A DNA stretch of 64,000 bases from Candidatus Bathyarchaeota archaeon (GTDB taxonomy: Archaea > Thermoproteota > Bathyarchaeia > 40CM-2-53-6): positions 1-64,000 of the forward strand of contig CAWHWX010000018.1 of assembly GCA_963833125.1 (NCBI GenBank). The letters run 5' to 3'. Under the pieces are notes generated by a model, which searched no databases, was not told the origin of the DNA, and was given only the letters and a program-made list of their open reading frames with translations. Below, one piece after another: positions 40,956-50,661 of this stretch. Every line of letters starts with the position of its first letter. Within the stretch, counting starts at the first letter, position 1. A program made the translations under genes and the position numbers.

Positions 40956-42371
40956 ATGCCGTACACTCCCGTGGTCGCAGTGCCGGACCTCTTGATTCGT
41001 GGAGGAACAATCGTCACCAACGATGGAGTTCTGAAGGCATCAATTCTTGTTGACGAGGGAAAGATAATCTCGATTTCCACGCAGAGCAATGTTCAGGCTG
41101 ACGAGGAGTTCGCCGCCACGGGATTGCACGTCCTACCTGGACTAATAGATTCGCATGTCCACTTCCGTGACCCTGGGATGACTCAGAAAGAGAATTTTCT
41201 TTCTGGGACGCGATCAGCGGCCAAGGGAGGCGTGACGACTGTATTCGACATGCCGACCACTCAACCAGTGGTTACAACAAGACAGCGATTTCTTGAGAAG
41301 ATCGAGCTAATCCAACCCAAGGCAATCGTAGATTTCGCGCTCTATGGTGGAGCCGGAGTTGACAATTTGTCCGAACTTGCTGGACTTGCCGAAGCTGGGG
41401 CTATAGCTTTCAAGACCTACATGGTAGCTCCCCCCGCAGAGAGAGTTCACGAGTACGCGGGCACCTTTGTGATCGACGCGGCTTCGCTATATCGTGTAAT
41501 GGAACAAGTCAAAAGAACGAACAAGCTACTTTGCCTACACGCCGAGAATGATAACACTATTCGCCTTCTTACTGACCGTCTCCGGCAAGAAGGAAGATGC
41601 GATGCCCCTGCCTACTACGATTCTCGGCCGCAGTTTACCGAGGCGTTGGCGGTTTCAGAAGCTCTGATAATTTCCGACGCGCTCCAGACTCGAATTCACC
41701 TACTTCACATCAGCACCGCCGAAGCAGTTTCCCTCATTCGCCTTTGGAAGCAGAGTGGGTCGACAGTCACAGCTGAAACGTGCCCGCACTATCTCCTCCT
41801 CACAAAAGACGCACTCGAGAGAAATGGGCCAAATGCGAAATTCAATCCGCCGCCGCGAGACGAATCTGACAATCAAGCACTCTGGCATGGTCTAAATGAT
41901 GGAACTATTGACATCGTAGTAAGTGATCACGCGCCTCACTCGAAACAGGAGAAAGATGCAGGCAAGGGGGATGTTTGGAAGGCGCCACCTGGAACACCTG
42001 GGGTCGAAACCAGATTACCATTAATGCTAAACGAGGTGTACAACAATCGACTGACACTCACCGACGTGGTAAGATTATGTTCCACAAGGCCCGCAGAAAT
42101 CTTCGGTCTTTATCCAAGAAAGGGCACGATTTCAGTTGGATCCGATGCTGATTTCGCAATAGTGGATCTTCAAAGGAAGTGGAAATTGAAACGTGATGAA
42201 CTCGAAACTAAAGCCAGGGACACATTTCTGTTCGATGGATGGGACGTCAGGGGCAAGTGTGTCGCCACGTTCGTACGTGGTAAATTAGTCATGAAGGATG
42301 GGCTAATCCTCGGAACCCCGGGAGAAGGCCGGTTCATACGAGCTACGGAAACTGATCACATACAAGCCTAG
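40956..42371 (+). CDS. Dihydroorotase/allantoinase-type cyclic amidohydrolase
   Basis: PGLIDSHVHFRDPG, FKTYM, HAEN, HIST, ETCPHYL, KFNPP, SDHAPH. Confidence 0.88.
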   Translation: MPYTPVVAVPDLLIRGGTIVTNDGVLKASILVDEGKIISISTQSNVQADEEFAATGLHVLPGLIDSHVHFRDPGMTQKENFLSGTRSAAKGGVTTVFDMPTTQPVVTTRQRFLEKIELIQPKAIVDFALYGGAGVDNLSELAGLAEAGAIAFKTYMVAPPAERVHEYAGTFVIDAASLYRVMEQVKRTNKLLCLHAENDNTIRLLTDRLRQEGRCDAPAYYDSRPQFTEALAVSEALIISDALQTRIHLLHISTAEAVSLIRLWKQSGSTVTAETCPHYLLLTKDALERNGPNAKFNPPPRDESDNQALWHGLNDGTIDIVVSDHAPHSKQEKDAGKGDVWKAPPGTPGVETRLPLMLNEVYNNRLTLTDVVRLCSTRPAEIFGLYPRKGTISVGSDADFAIVDLQRKWKLKRDELETKARDTFLFDGWDVRGKCVATFVRGKLVMKDGLILGTPGEGRFIRATETDHIQA

Positions 42372-42384
42372 GCTGTGAATGGTT

Positions 42385-42830
42385 TCATTTGCCGAAGACG
42401 CTGGAGAGCATGGTCTCGGTAAGTTGTGATGCTTCGCCTGAGAATTTGAGGGTCCCGCTGGATAATGCACTTGCGCTTTGATTGGTCAAGAAGCTGCCGA
42501 TTTCATGCGCGTATCCATAGTCCTCTGCTTCATACACGAAAGATTTTGCGTGTATTAGGCCGAGCCATGCAATTGTCATGGTTGCGTAACCGCATTAAGC
42601 TGGTCTGCTGTCATCTGTGCACCTTGTTGTACTTGTGTTCCGTCAGGTGCGTAGATTCCGCTGAGCGGAGTGATCAAACCGACTTCGATCGCGCCTTGCG
42701 CCGATGCGCTTGTCATGGATGCGGCTTGTGTTGTCATCATCGTTGTTTGCTGCATGGATGTTGACGTGGTGTAATAGTAGGCGCCGCCTACTATCGCTAG
42801 GATTACGATTACAGCGACAACTATGCTAGA
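42385..42830 (-). pseudogene. Collapsed remnant of a paralogous branched-chain amino acid ABC operon (SBP pieces plus ATPase tail)
   Basis: Minus-strand pieces IVVAVIVILAIVGGAYYY...IEVGLITPLSGIYAPDG, AWLGLIHAKSFVYEAEDY and SGTLKFSGE match three distant parts of the neighbouring Liv operon. Confidence 0.7.
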
Positions 42831-43064
42831 GTTTTCTTAGTTCCACTTTTGGTTGACGAGTAGATTTCCAGTTTTGCGTTGCTTGCTCAAATCGAGTCTC
42901 CTAACCATTACTCTTCATAATTTTTCCGAGACTCTTCAATGAAACCTTGATAATTTAGCCATGACCAACTCAACTCAAGTCATCGAAGCTCAACCAGCAT
43001 TCGCCACAGGTCTTGAGCGCCTCGCAGAAGTCTGAGATTATGTTCGTTGGAAAACTGGAAGACC

Positions 43065-43071
43065 TTATATA
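43065..43071 (+). promoter_or_regulatory. Putative TATA box of the ABC operon
   Basis: TTATATA about 25-30 nt before ATG 43095. Confidence 0.5.
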
Positions 43072-43094
43072 GGCAAAAGCTTCAACTTCAAGCC

Positions 43095-44393
43095 ATGACG
43101 TCAAAGCAACGATCGAAAACCCTTGTGACGGCCGTAGTAGTTATCGTTGTTATATTGGTGGCCGCTGGGGCAGGTGCGTATTACTACTTCACAAGTTCAA
43201 GCCCTACTTCAAGCTCTACTATGATGACTTCAAGCGCTACTAGTAGTTTTGTCGCTACTCCAATCACGATAGGTATGATTACGCCTTTGAGTGGAACGTT
43301 TCAACCTGATGGAATCATGGTGCAATATGGTGCCCAGCTTGCAATTAATCAAATAAATGCGAATGGCGGGGTACTAGGCAGGCCATTGAAGCTGGTTGCT
43401 CAAGATGAAGGCAGCACAACCGCTGAGACTGTCAACGCCGCGCAGGCTTTGGTTAGCGACTACAACGAGCTTCATCGTAGGCCCATTCTTCAGTGGTGAC
43501 GTAAAGTCCGTTCTGCCTACTACGTACTCGCATAAGGTTGTGGAAATTCTTTCTGTTTCCGGTGTTGACTCACTCATGGTATCTCCGCAGAACCAATACC
43601 TCTTTAGAACTACCCTGGATGACTACGGAGGTGCACAGATGCTCGTGCAATGGCTGAAAATGATAGGGGCAAAGAATGTAATGTTCGAAGGAGAAGACTA
43701 CCTCTATGTGCACGAGACTTATAATCAAACGGCGCAGTTGGCATCGACCGCTGGGATTACGCTTCAGCCCCGGACTACTATCCGGGCGATGCAACCGATT
43801 ACTCTTCAGCCATCAACAAAATTGCGACAAACAAGCCGGATGCAGTAATTGTCATCATGGAAGGCACGAACGGAATTGACTTCCAAAAGCAATATGTTGC
43901 CAATCCAATAACTAGCAAGATTTCTGTACTCCATTATTACTCACTTCTTGCGGATGTATCGAATGATCAGTCGATCGATGCGGCGGTTCCAAACGGGATG
44001 AACGGAACGTTCCTGGGTTTGACGACATATCCAACAAACCAGACACAGTCGTTCATAACTCAATTCGAACAGACGTTCAACACACCTCCAATCAACCCCT
44101 ATGGGTATGACTCCTATTCCGGGGTGATGATGTTGGCGCGAGCGATACAGAATGCAGGAACTGTTAACACAGACGCTGTCGCAGCGGCGTTGGTAAATGT
44201 TCAGTATCTTGGTCCCGGTGGCCTGTATGGATTCGTTTCTAACCACAATCCCATAACAGGGCCTGGATACCTATCGGGCTCGATCGACCAAATCACGGTC
44301 GACTCAAGCGGAGGAATCCACTTCAATGTCCTGTGGCCTATGACTGTTGCGAATGCCACGGCATTTAATCCAGCAACTGGCAAGCCGTATTAA
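43095..44393 (+). CDS. Branched-chain amino acid ABC transporter substrate-binding protein (frameshifts near 43466 and 43770)
   Basis: N-terminal TM anchor, S/T linker, IGMITPLSG, INANGGVLGRPLKLV, YLFRT, AIQNAGT..DAV. Three ORFs in tandem. Confidence 0.85.
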
Positions 44394-44415
44394 TCCCCAT
44401 AATTTTTGATGGGCC

Positions 44416-45303
44416 ATGCTCAGTGGCCTTTACGTTTCACTAGTGAGTGGGCTCATCTACGGGATAATTCTTAGCCTCCTTGCTTCCGGCCTTTCGCTGA
44501 TCTACGGCGTTATGAATAGCATCAATACGGCACACGGAGCATTTTACATGCTCGGTGGCTTCCTTGCGTTCCTAGGCTCCTCCACTCTGCGACTATCGCC
44601 GGCATTGGCAATACTCTTCGCGTTCGTAGCAGCTCTTCTCTTAGGTATGGTTACTCTCACAGTTGGCGTAAGGCGAAGTATTTGGGTTACCAATCAGCCA
44701 AGTGAACAGAATGTTGTTTTGATGGAACTTCTGGCGATAGCCTTTATCGCCGAAGAAGCCGTCTTTCTGCTCTTTGGCGGATCGAGCGTGTCTATTCCGA
44801 GTATTACTTTCGGGAATTTTCTGCTTCCTGGAGACATTTACATCTCGTACCAAGAAACGATCGCCGTAGGAATCTGCATTGCTTCGTATGTCGGGCTGTA
44901 TCTCTTCCTATTCCATACGAGGATCGGGAGAGCGATACGAGCATTTGCTGAGGATAGAGAATTAGCTGAAGGCTTGGGTGTGAATGTTACTATGATTGCG
45001 CTCTTGACATATGGTATCGGAGTCGCCTTGGCCGCCCTTACGGGTTCGTTACTAGGCTCAATCTATAGCGTGACCTCTGAATCTGGGTGGAATGAGCTCG
45101 TGATTGCATTTGTGATAGTGACATTTGGCGGAATAGGTAGCTTAGAGGGAACTGTAATAGCAGGTTTGATTTACGGTGTTGTGTACTCAATATTGGAATA
45201 CAATTATCCTTCACTCTCGTTCGTCCTTACTCTATTGTTCATCTACGTCATCCTCGTAATAAGGCCAAAAGGGATTTTAGGTGTAGTCGTTGAACGCGCC
45301 TAG
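44416..45303 (+). CDS. livH: Branched-chain amino acid ABC permease
   Basis: GLSLIYGVM..IN.AHG.FYM, TRIGRAIRA, GGIGS..G, RPKG. Confidence 0.9.
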   Translation: MLSGLYVSLVSGLIYGIILSLLASGLSLIYGVMNSINTAHGAFYMLGGFLAFLGSSTLRLSPALAILFAFVAALLLGMVTLTVGVRRSIWVTNQPSEQNVVLMELLAIAFIAEEAVFLLFGGSSVSIPSITFGNFLLPGDIYISYQETIAVGICIASYVGLYLFLFHTRIGRAIRAFAEDRELAEGLGVNVTMIALLTYGIGVALAALTGSLLGSIYSVTSESGWNELVIAFVIVTFGGIGSLEGTVIAGLIYGVVYSILEYNYPSLSFVLTLLFIYVILVIRPKGILGVVVERA

Positions 45304-46234
45304 TCAACGCTCATTGTTTAGCTCCATCTCTAAGACGTTGAGCTTTCAAATCTACATCGCGTTCTTGATCGGTTTAGTTGCAATCTTTCTGATTAACTCA
45401 AGCTATTTGGAGTATATCGCAATGTATCTCATGAGCTACGCGATTTATGCCGCGAGTTGGGACCTTCTCAACAGCTATTCGGGGCAGCTTAGTCTTGGTC
45501 ATTCTCTACCTTTTGGCCTAGGAAGCTTTGTTACGCTTTATCTGGCGAGTTTGCACATTCCAGTTACAATCTCCTTCTTGGGCGGGGTCGCTGCTGCCGC
45601 AGTAATAGCTGGAAGCGTCGGCACTACGACCCTAAGGCTGAAGCCTTCATACCAAGCCATAGCTCTCCTACTTTTCTCACAGGTTCTTTATTGGTTGATT
45701 ATCGTGCTCTTTAGCGACGAAGGCATTTCTCTTTTCTCGATTTCGTTTGGCATACAAGTATACTACGTGGTAGGATTTGTTCTCTTCGCCCTATCAATGC
45801 TCGCAATTACTCTCTATCTAGCGACTGGAGACAGAAGAATGAAACTCTTGGCGCTTAAGGGAGATAATCTTGCAGCCGAGGCAAGCGGCCTTCATGTAGC
45901 TCGGTACAAGGCTACTGTCTTCTACATCAGCTCATTTTTCGCAGGGATAGCAGGTGCTTATGTCGGTGTCTTTACTGCCCACAGCGACTACTCTATCTTC
46001 GCAGTTTCGCAATCTTTCTTGCCTATCGCGATGGTAGTTATCGGAGGTCCTGGATTCTTAGGAGGTACCCTTATCGGAAGCGCAATAGTTACTGCACTGC
46101 TTATTGTACTCCCTGTCAAGTACTCTATTGCAATAACCTACCTAGTATACGGTATTACAATTTGGCTCATACTTCGCGTGAAGCCGGAGGGGCTACTGAG
46201 AGTTGTCGCGACAAGATTTCATTTGAAGGAATGA
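45290..46234 (+). CDS. livM: Branched-chain amino acid ABC permease
   Basis: SWDLL..YSGQLSLGH, AAEASG....YK, MVVIGG.G, KPEG. Confidence 0.88.
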   Translation: MNAPSQRSLFSSISKTLSFQIYIAFLIGLVAIFLINSSYLEYIAMYLMSYAIYAASWDLLNSYSGQLSLGHSLPFGLGSFVTLYLASLHIPVTISFLGGVAAAAVIAGSVGTTTLRLKPSYQAIALLLFSQVLYWLIIVLFSDEGISLFSISFGIQVYYVVGFVLFALSMLAITLYLATGDRRMKLLALKGDNLAAEASGLHVARYKATVFYISSFFAGIAGAYVGVFTAHSDYSIFAVSQSFLPIAMVVIGGPGFLGGTLIGSAIVTALLIVLPVKYSIAITYLVYGITIWLILRVKPEGLLRVVATRFHLKE

Positions 46235-46243
46235 CTTACCAAG

Positions 46244-46942
46244 ATGTTCCGGGTAGAATCAGTGACAAAGCGATTCGGGGGTCTCGTAGCTTTAGACAAC
46301 GTTTCGCTTAGCATCGACGAACGTAAAATCTATGGCGTGATAGGTCCGAACGGCTCAGGCAAGACGACTCTCTTGAATGTGATTACGGGGGTGCTCAAAC
46401 CCAACGAAGGGCATGTCTATTTCAAGGAAAAGGAAATCACCTCCAAACCACTTTACGCGATCGCCGAGATGGGAATTGGAAGGACTTTTCAGGTACCCAG
46501 AATATTCCCAGAGTTAACGGTGGAAGAGAATATTCTGGTAGCCACGCGTAGTTCCGAGGGAGTACGATCCTCGGTGCCAGAAATTTTGGAACTGATCGAA
46601 ATGAAAGAAGTAGCGGGTGTAAGAGCTCAGAAACTCGGACATGGACAGAGGAAACTATTAGAGCTTGGAAGGGTAGTGGCACTCAATCCCGAACTCATAT
46701 TCCTGGACGAACCTCTTGCTGGTCTCGAATTCTCGATGATCAAAAAGGTTGTCTCGTACATAGGTGTCCTCAATAATGAAATGAAGAAGACAATAGTGGT
46801 AATTGAGCATAATCTTGAAGAACTGATGATGTTAGCGAACAAGATCTTCGTCATGCACCATGGCCAGAAGATTGAGGAAGGAGAATCCGATCTAGTAAAG
46901 GCCAGTAAGAAAGTTCATCAAGCGTATTTTGGGCTTGATTGA
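46244..46942 (+). CDS. livG: Branched-chain amino acid ABC ATPase
   Basis: FGGLVAL, GPNGSGKTT, RTFQ, LDEP, IEH. Confidence 0.9.
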   Translation: MFRVESVTKRFGGLVALDNVSLSIDERKIYGVIGPNGSGKTTLLNVITGVLKPNEGHVYFKEKEITSKPLYAIAEMGIGRTFQVPRIFPELTVEENILVATRSSEGVRSSVPEILELIEMKEVAGVRAQKLGHGQRKLLELGRVVALNPELIFLDEPLAGLEFSMIKKVVSYIGVLNNEMKKTIVVIEHNLEELMMLANKIFVMHHGQKIEEGESDLVKASKKVHQAYFGLD

Positions 46943-47655
46943 TAAAATTGCTGATAACAACTGACATTCGTTCCGGCTATTCCGGTTCGGAGGTTCTCCA
47001 TGGTATCAACATGAAGGCCGCCGACAAGAAGATAACCCTGATCACAGGACCTAACGGCGCAGGTAAGTCTACGCTCCTGAGAACAATTGTCGGACTCAAC
47101 TCAGTGAACGGCGGAAAAACGCAGTTCAAAGATAAGGATATCACGAGAATGAAGACAGCCGATATTATCAAACTTGGAATATCATATGTTCCTCAGGGCG
47201 CGGGCATATTTCCACGCATGACTGTCAAAGATAACCTCAGAATGGGGGGCTATTTAATCCGAGACAAGCATGTGGTCGAACAACGAATCGACAGGGTACT
47301 GGAATTGTTCCCAATCTTACGTGAAAGATTGACGCAGAAAGCCGGCTTCATGAGTGGCGGCGAAGTGCACATTTTGGCTACAGCAAGATCTCTGATTTCA
47401 TCCCCCGAATTACTTCTTACGGATGAACCCTCAACGGGCCTAGATGTGGGCAAGCAGGAACTTATATTCGCAAAGCTCAAGGAACTCAACAAAAATGGCC
47501 TTGGAATACTGCTTGTGGAACAAAACGTGAGGGAATCAGCAAAGATCGCAGACTATATGTACTTCATGACCAACGGCACCGTCAAGTTTGAAGGAGAACC
47601 CAAAGACCTCATAGAGCAGAAGACGATTAGCGACATGCTATTCAACAAGCTCTAG
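46939..47655 (+). CDS. livF: Branched-chain amino acid ABC ATPase
   Basis: GPNGAGKST, MSGGE, DEPS.GL, VEQN. Confidence 0.9.
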   Translation: MIKLLITTDIRSGYSGSEVLHGINMKAADKKITLITGPNGAGKSTLLRTIVGLNSVNGGKTQFKDKDITRMKTADIIKLGISYVPQGAGIFPRMTVKDNLRMGGYLIRDKHVVEQRIDRVLELFPILRERLTQKAGFMSGGEVHILATARSLISSPELLLTDEPSTGLDVGKQELIFAKLKELNKNGLGILLVEQNVRESAKIADYMYFMTNGTVKFEGEPKDLIEQKTISDMLFNKL

Positions 47656-47702
47656 CCCTCATAGGTTCTATGATCTAATTAGTTTGCAAGTGTTTTCTTT
47701 GG

Positions 47703-48143
47703 TTACGTGCCTTCGAGCTCTCTTCGAACGCACTCGAAGACTTCCTTGACAGTCTTCTCAGTGGCGCCGCCCATCATGCGTTGCCCTAATCCGGCCAACA
47801 TCCCTCCTACCCTCACGTCCGCCTTATAGACGAGTTTCGTTCCGCCTGGAATCTCGGTCAGATCTATTGTCGTGTCCATATCGACGCTGCTGCTCGACCC
47901 ACTTCCGATCCCTTTTAGTCGAGCATGCGAGGGAGCGTGCTTGTCCGCGATTTCAAGGCGAAACTTGAAATCGCCTTTGATGAGTCCTATTCCGACCCGT
48001 ACGATTGCGCTGAACTTATCTTCCCCAGTTACTTCGAGACTTTTCAGATCAGGCATGCATTTGCCAATCTTGTTCGGATCTATAACGAATTCCCATACCT
48101 TCTCGGCGGGTGCCTTCATGGCGTACGTTCCTTCAAAATTCAT
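47703..48143 (-). CDS. coxG: CoxG/SRPBCC family accessory protein
   Basis: APAEKVWEFVIDP...CMP, VGG.LAGLGQRM; downstream of coxMS. Confidence 0.85.
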   Translation of the reverse strand: MNFEGTYAMKAPAEKVWEFVIDPNKIGKCMPDLKSLEVTGEDKFSAIVRVGIGLIKGDFKFRLEIADKHAPSHARLKGIGSGSSSSVDMDTTIDLTEIPGGTKLVYKADVRVGGMLAGLGQRMMGGATEKTVKEVFECVRRELEGT

Positions 48144-48337
48144 CTTTCAATCACAATCTCCAACAGGCTTTGCCGTATGACTCTGTCGCATGCAACAGTT
48201 TTTGGGAGTTTGCCTAGTTAAGCGAATCATTGAGTGTATCTCCAAATTGATTCAGAAAGTCTCCTACAATTCGTTATGGCGGGAACCGGAATTCAAGACT
48301 GTAACTGTACGAGTGATACTTATGCAGCTCTGATATT

Positions 48338-48820
48338 TCATTTCCGCATCTTACTGATCTTACTTGCAGCGCCCTGCACAGCTTTGACGATGTTCACGTA
48401 ACCGGTGCACCGACAGAGGTTGCCTTCGATTCCTCTGCGAATTTCCTCTTCGCTCGGGTTCGGGTTTCGCTGGAGCAAGAATAGGCTTGAGAGAATCATG
48501 CCGGGTGTACAATAGCCACACTGAAGCGCATGATCCTCAGAGAAAGCCTCCTGGAGAGGGTGAAGTTTGCCCTCCGTAGCGAGCCCTTCAATCGTGAGGA
48601 TTTCTGCTCCATTCACCTGGACCGCAAACATCATACAAGATTTTACGGTGCTTCCACCAAGTAAGATCGTGCAAGCTCCACAATGACCTGTGTCGCAGCC
48701 GATGTGAGTTCCGGTCAGATTCAACTCATCGCGGAGGAAATCTACAAGCAACATTCGAGGTTCGACTTCTCGCTGGTACTCCCGACCATTGATCTTCACA
48801 CCAACCGATTGCTTCGTCAC
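48338..48820 (-). CDS. coxS: Xanthine dehydrogenase/CODH-family [2Fe-2S] subunit
   Basis: [29 protein letters not shown]. Confidence 0.93.
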   Translation of the reverse strand: MTKQSVGVKINGREYQREVEPRMLLVDFLRDELNLTGTHIGCDTGHCGACTILLGGSTVKSCMMFAVQVNGAEILTIEGLATEGKLHPLQEAFSEDHALQCGYCTPGMILSSLFLLQRNPNPSEEEIRRGIEGNLCRCTGYVNIVKAVQGAASKISKMRK

Positions 48821-49692
48821 ATCCTTCCTCCTTTTGCACGACTTAATGCAATCTTAAGCGTCCTTTTCACCATTACGCAACTCATTTCTAACCTGTAGTT
48901 GGAGGATGCATGAACATCTGACGGTGGCTTTAACCCCACATTCGCACTCCGTGCGGCATCGTCAATGGACTTGTGATCGAGCCTCCGTCCGACGAGCATT
49001 TCCTCAGTTTCCCTAGCATGTTGCGGCGTTGCTGCAACTCCCCCTAGGACGATATTGGCAGCTGTGCAGTTCCCGTTTCCATCAAGCGTGACAACTGCTG
49101 CAGCTCCAACAATTGCAAAGTCTCCATGCCGCCTACTTAGTTTCAAGTAGCCGCTGCCTGAACCAGGCGGTGGAATTTGAGCCTGAACCTCAAGGATTAT
49201 CTCATCAGGGAGAAGATTGGTTGTAAAAAAGTCTTGGAAGAAGTCGGTGCATGGAATAGAACGCGAACCTTGCGGGCCTATCGTCACAATAGTAGCGTTC
49301 ACTGCAACTATCGCTGGTGGAAGATCGGAGGTAGGGTCCGCGTGGGCTAGCGATCCTCCGATGGTACCTCTATTTCTGACTTGCTGATCACCGATAAATC
49401 TAGCCGCGTCGGAAAGAAGAGAGACTTTATCCCGCACCAGCCCGCTCTTCTCGAGTTGATCATGACGAGTAAGGGCACCAACAGATATTTTTCCAGCATT
49501 TTCACGTATGTAGTTCAAATCCTTTATGCCATTGATGTCGATCAAGATCTTAGGTGAGGACAAACGAAACCTCATCAATGCGACGAGGCTTTGTCCGCCT
49601 GCCAGTATTTTTGGTTGTTCTTGCGTCCTAAGCAAATTCAAGGCCTCATCGATCGAAACGGCGCGATAATAATCGAAGGGTCTCGGGCGCAA
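48817..49692 (-). CDS. coxM: Xanthine dehydrogenase/CODH-family FAD-binding subunit
   Basis: [39 protein letters not shown]. Confidence 0.92.
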   Translation of the reverse strand: MRPRPFDYYRAVSIDEALNLLRTQEQPKILAGGQSLVALMRFRLSSPKILIDINGIKDLNYIRENAGKISVGALTRHDQLEKSGLVRDKVSLLSDAARFIGDQQVRNRGTIGGSLAHADPTSDLPPAIVAVNATIVTIGPQGSRSIPCTDFFQDFFTTNLLPDEIILEVQAQIPPPGSGSGYLKLSRRHGDFAIVGAAAVVTLDGNGNCTAANIVLGGVAATPQHARETEEMLVGRRLDHKSIDDAARSANVGLKPPSDVHASSNYRLEMSCVMVKRTLKIALSRAKGGRM

Positions 49693-50035
49693 TTTCGATC
49701 TCTCTCGAGTTTGCTTATAGAGCGACTTAAACTTTCTATTGCTGTCATCTCGTTCCCAAGCGCTATGAAACGAAGCTGCCCAGAGCCATTCTACAATGTG
49801 TTCACCGTTGATGCAGAGAAATGCCCGATGGCATGGTGATGGATAGAGAGAATAAGGAATTACGACGCGTAGTGAACTCTCAGACCTTCTGTCGTGATTT
49901 CGTATACCTAATTGAAGGTAAATCTACCGTTGCCATCTATTTTCTACTAGTTGAAATTCCGCAAAACTTTGCTTTCTTTTCGAGTAGCCAAGCACACAAA
50001 ATTAGCAGTACTACAAAGGTTGAAGTAAATGTTTA

Positions 50036-50545
50036 TTGCGAATCGCTGCGTTTATCGGCATCAAGTTGGGGCAGGAAACGGTAGAGTCGTTAAAGTTACG
50101 TATCGACTATGAAAAAATCGCGCCTGATGTTGGTCAGGCAATGTCTGCGTTAGGGGAATGCGTTAGCAAGAGTGGTCTTGAATCTTCTCTGCTGCATCTA
50201 GTAAAGCTGCGGGCGTCACAAATCAACGGATGTGGTTGGTGTATTGACATGCATACGAAGGATGCTCGGGGTGATGGTGAGACGGAGCAGAGACTCTACC
50301 TGGTTTCCGTTTGGCGAGAGTCCCCCTTCTTCAGCGAGCGCGAACGAGCGGCACTTGAATGGACAGAATCTGTTACGCTCGTCAGCGTGGACCACGTACC
50401 TGACGAAGTGTATGATCGTGTTCGCAAGTGCTTCAGTGAGAAAGAGCTGGCGTATTTGACGCTCGCCGTCGTAGCGATTAACGGGTGGAATAGACTCAAC
50501 GTTAGCTTACGCGCAATCCCCGGCAGTTACAAACCTCAACATTGA
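50036..50545 (+). CDS. Carboxymuconolactone decarboxylase/AhpD family protein
   Basis: LVKLRASQINGCGWCIDMH, ERAALEWTE, INGWNR. Confidence 0.9.
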   Translation: MRIAAFIGIKLGQETVESLKLRIDYEKIAPDVGQAMSALGECVSKSGLESSLLHLVKLRASQINGCGWCIDMHTKDARGDGETEQRLYLVSVWRESPFFSERERAALEWTESVTLVSVDHVPDEVYDRVRKCFSEKELAYLTLAVVAINGWNRLNVSLRAIPGSYKPQH

Positions 50546-50661
50546 GGCCACATAGAATTGTGCATTCAGCGCTTCAACTTCCCTTCTGAGGATCCGGACA
50601 ATTTCTGGTTGTACTATAACTTGCCATAATTTAATAAGCTGACTTCAGGCTGTCCTGACTC

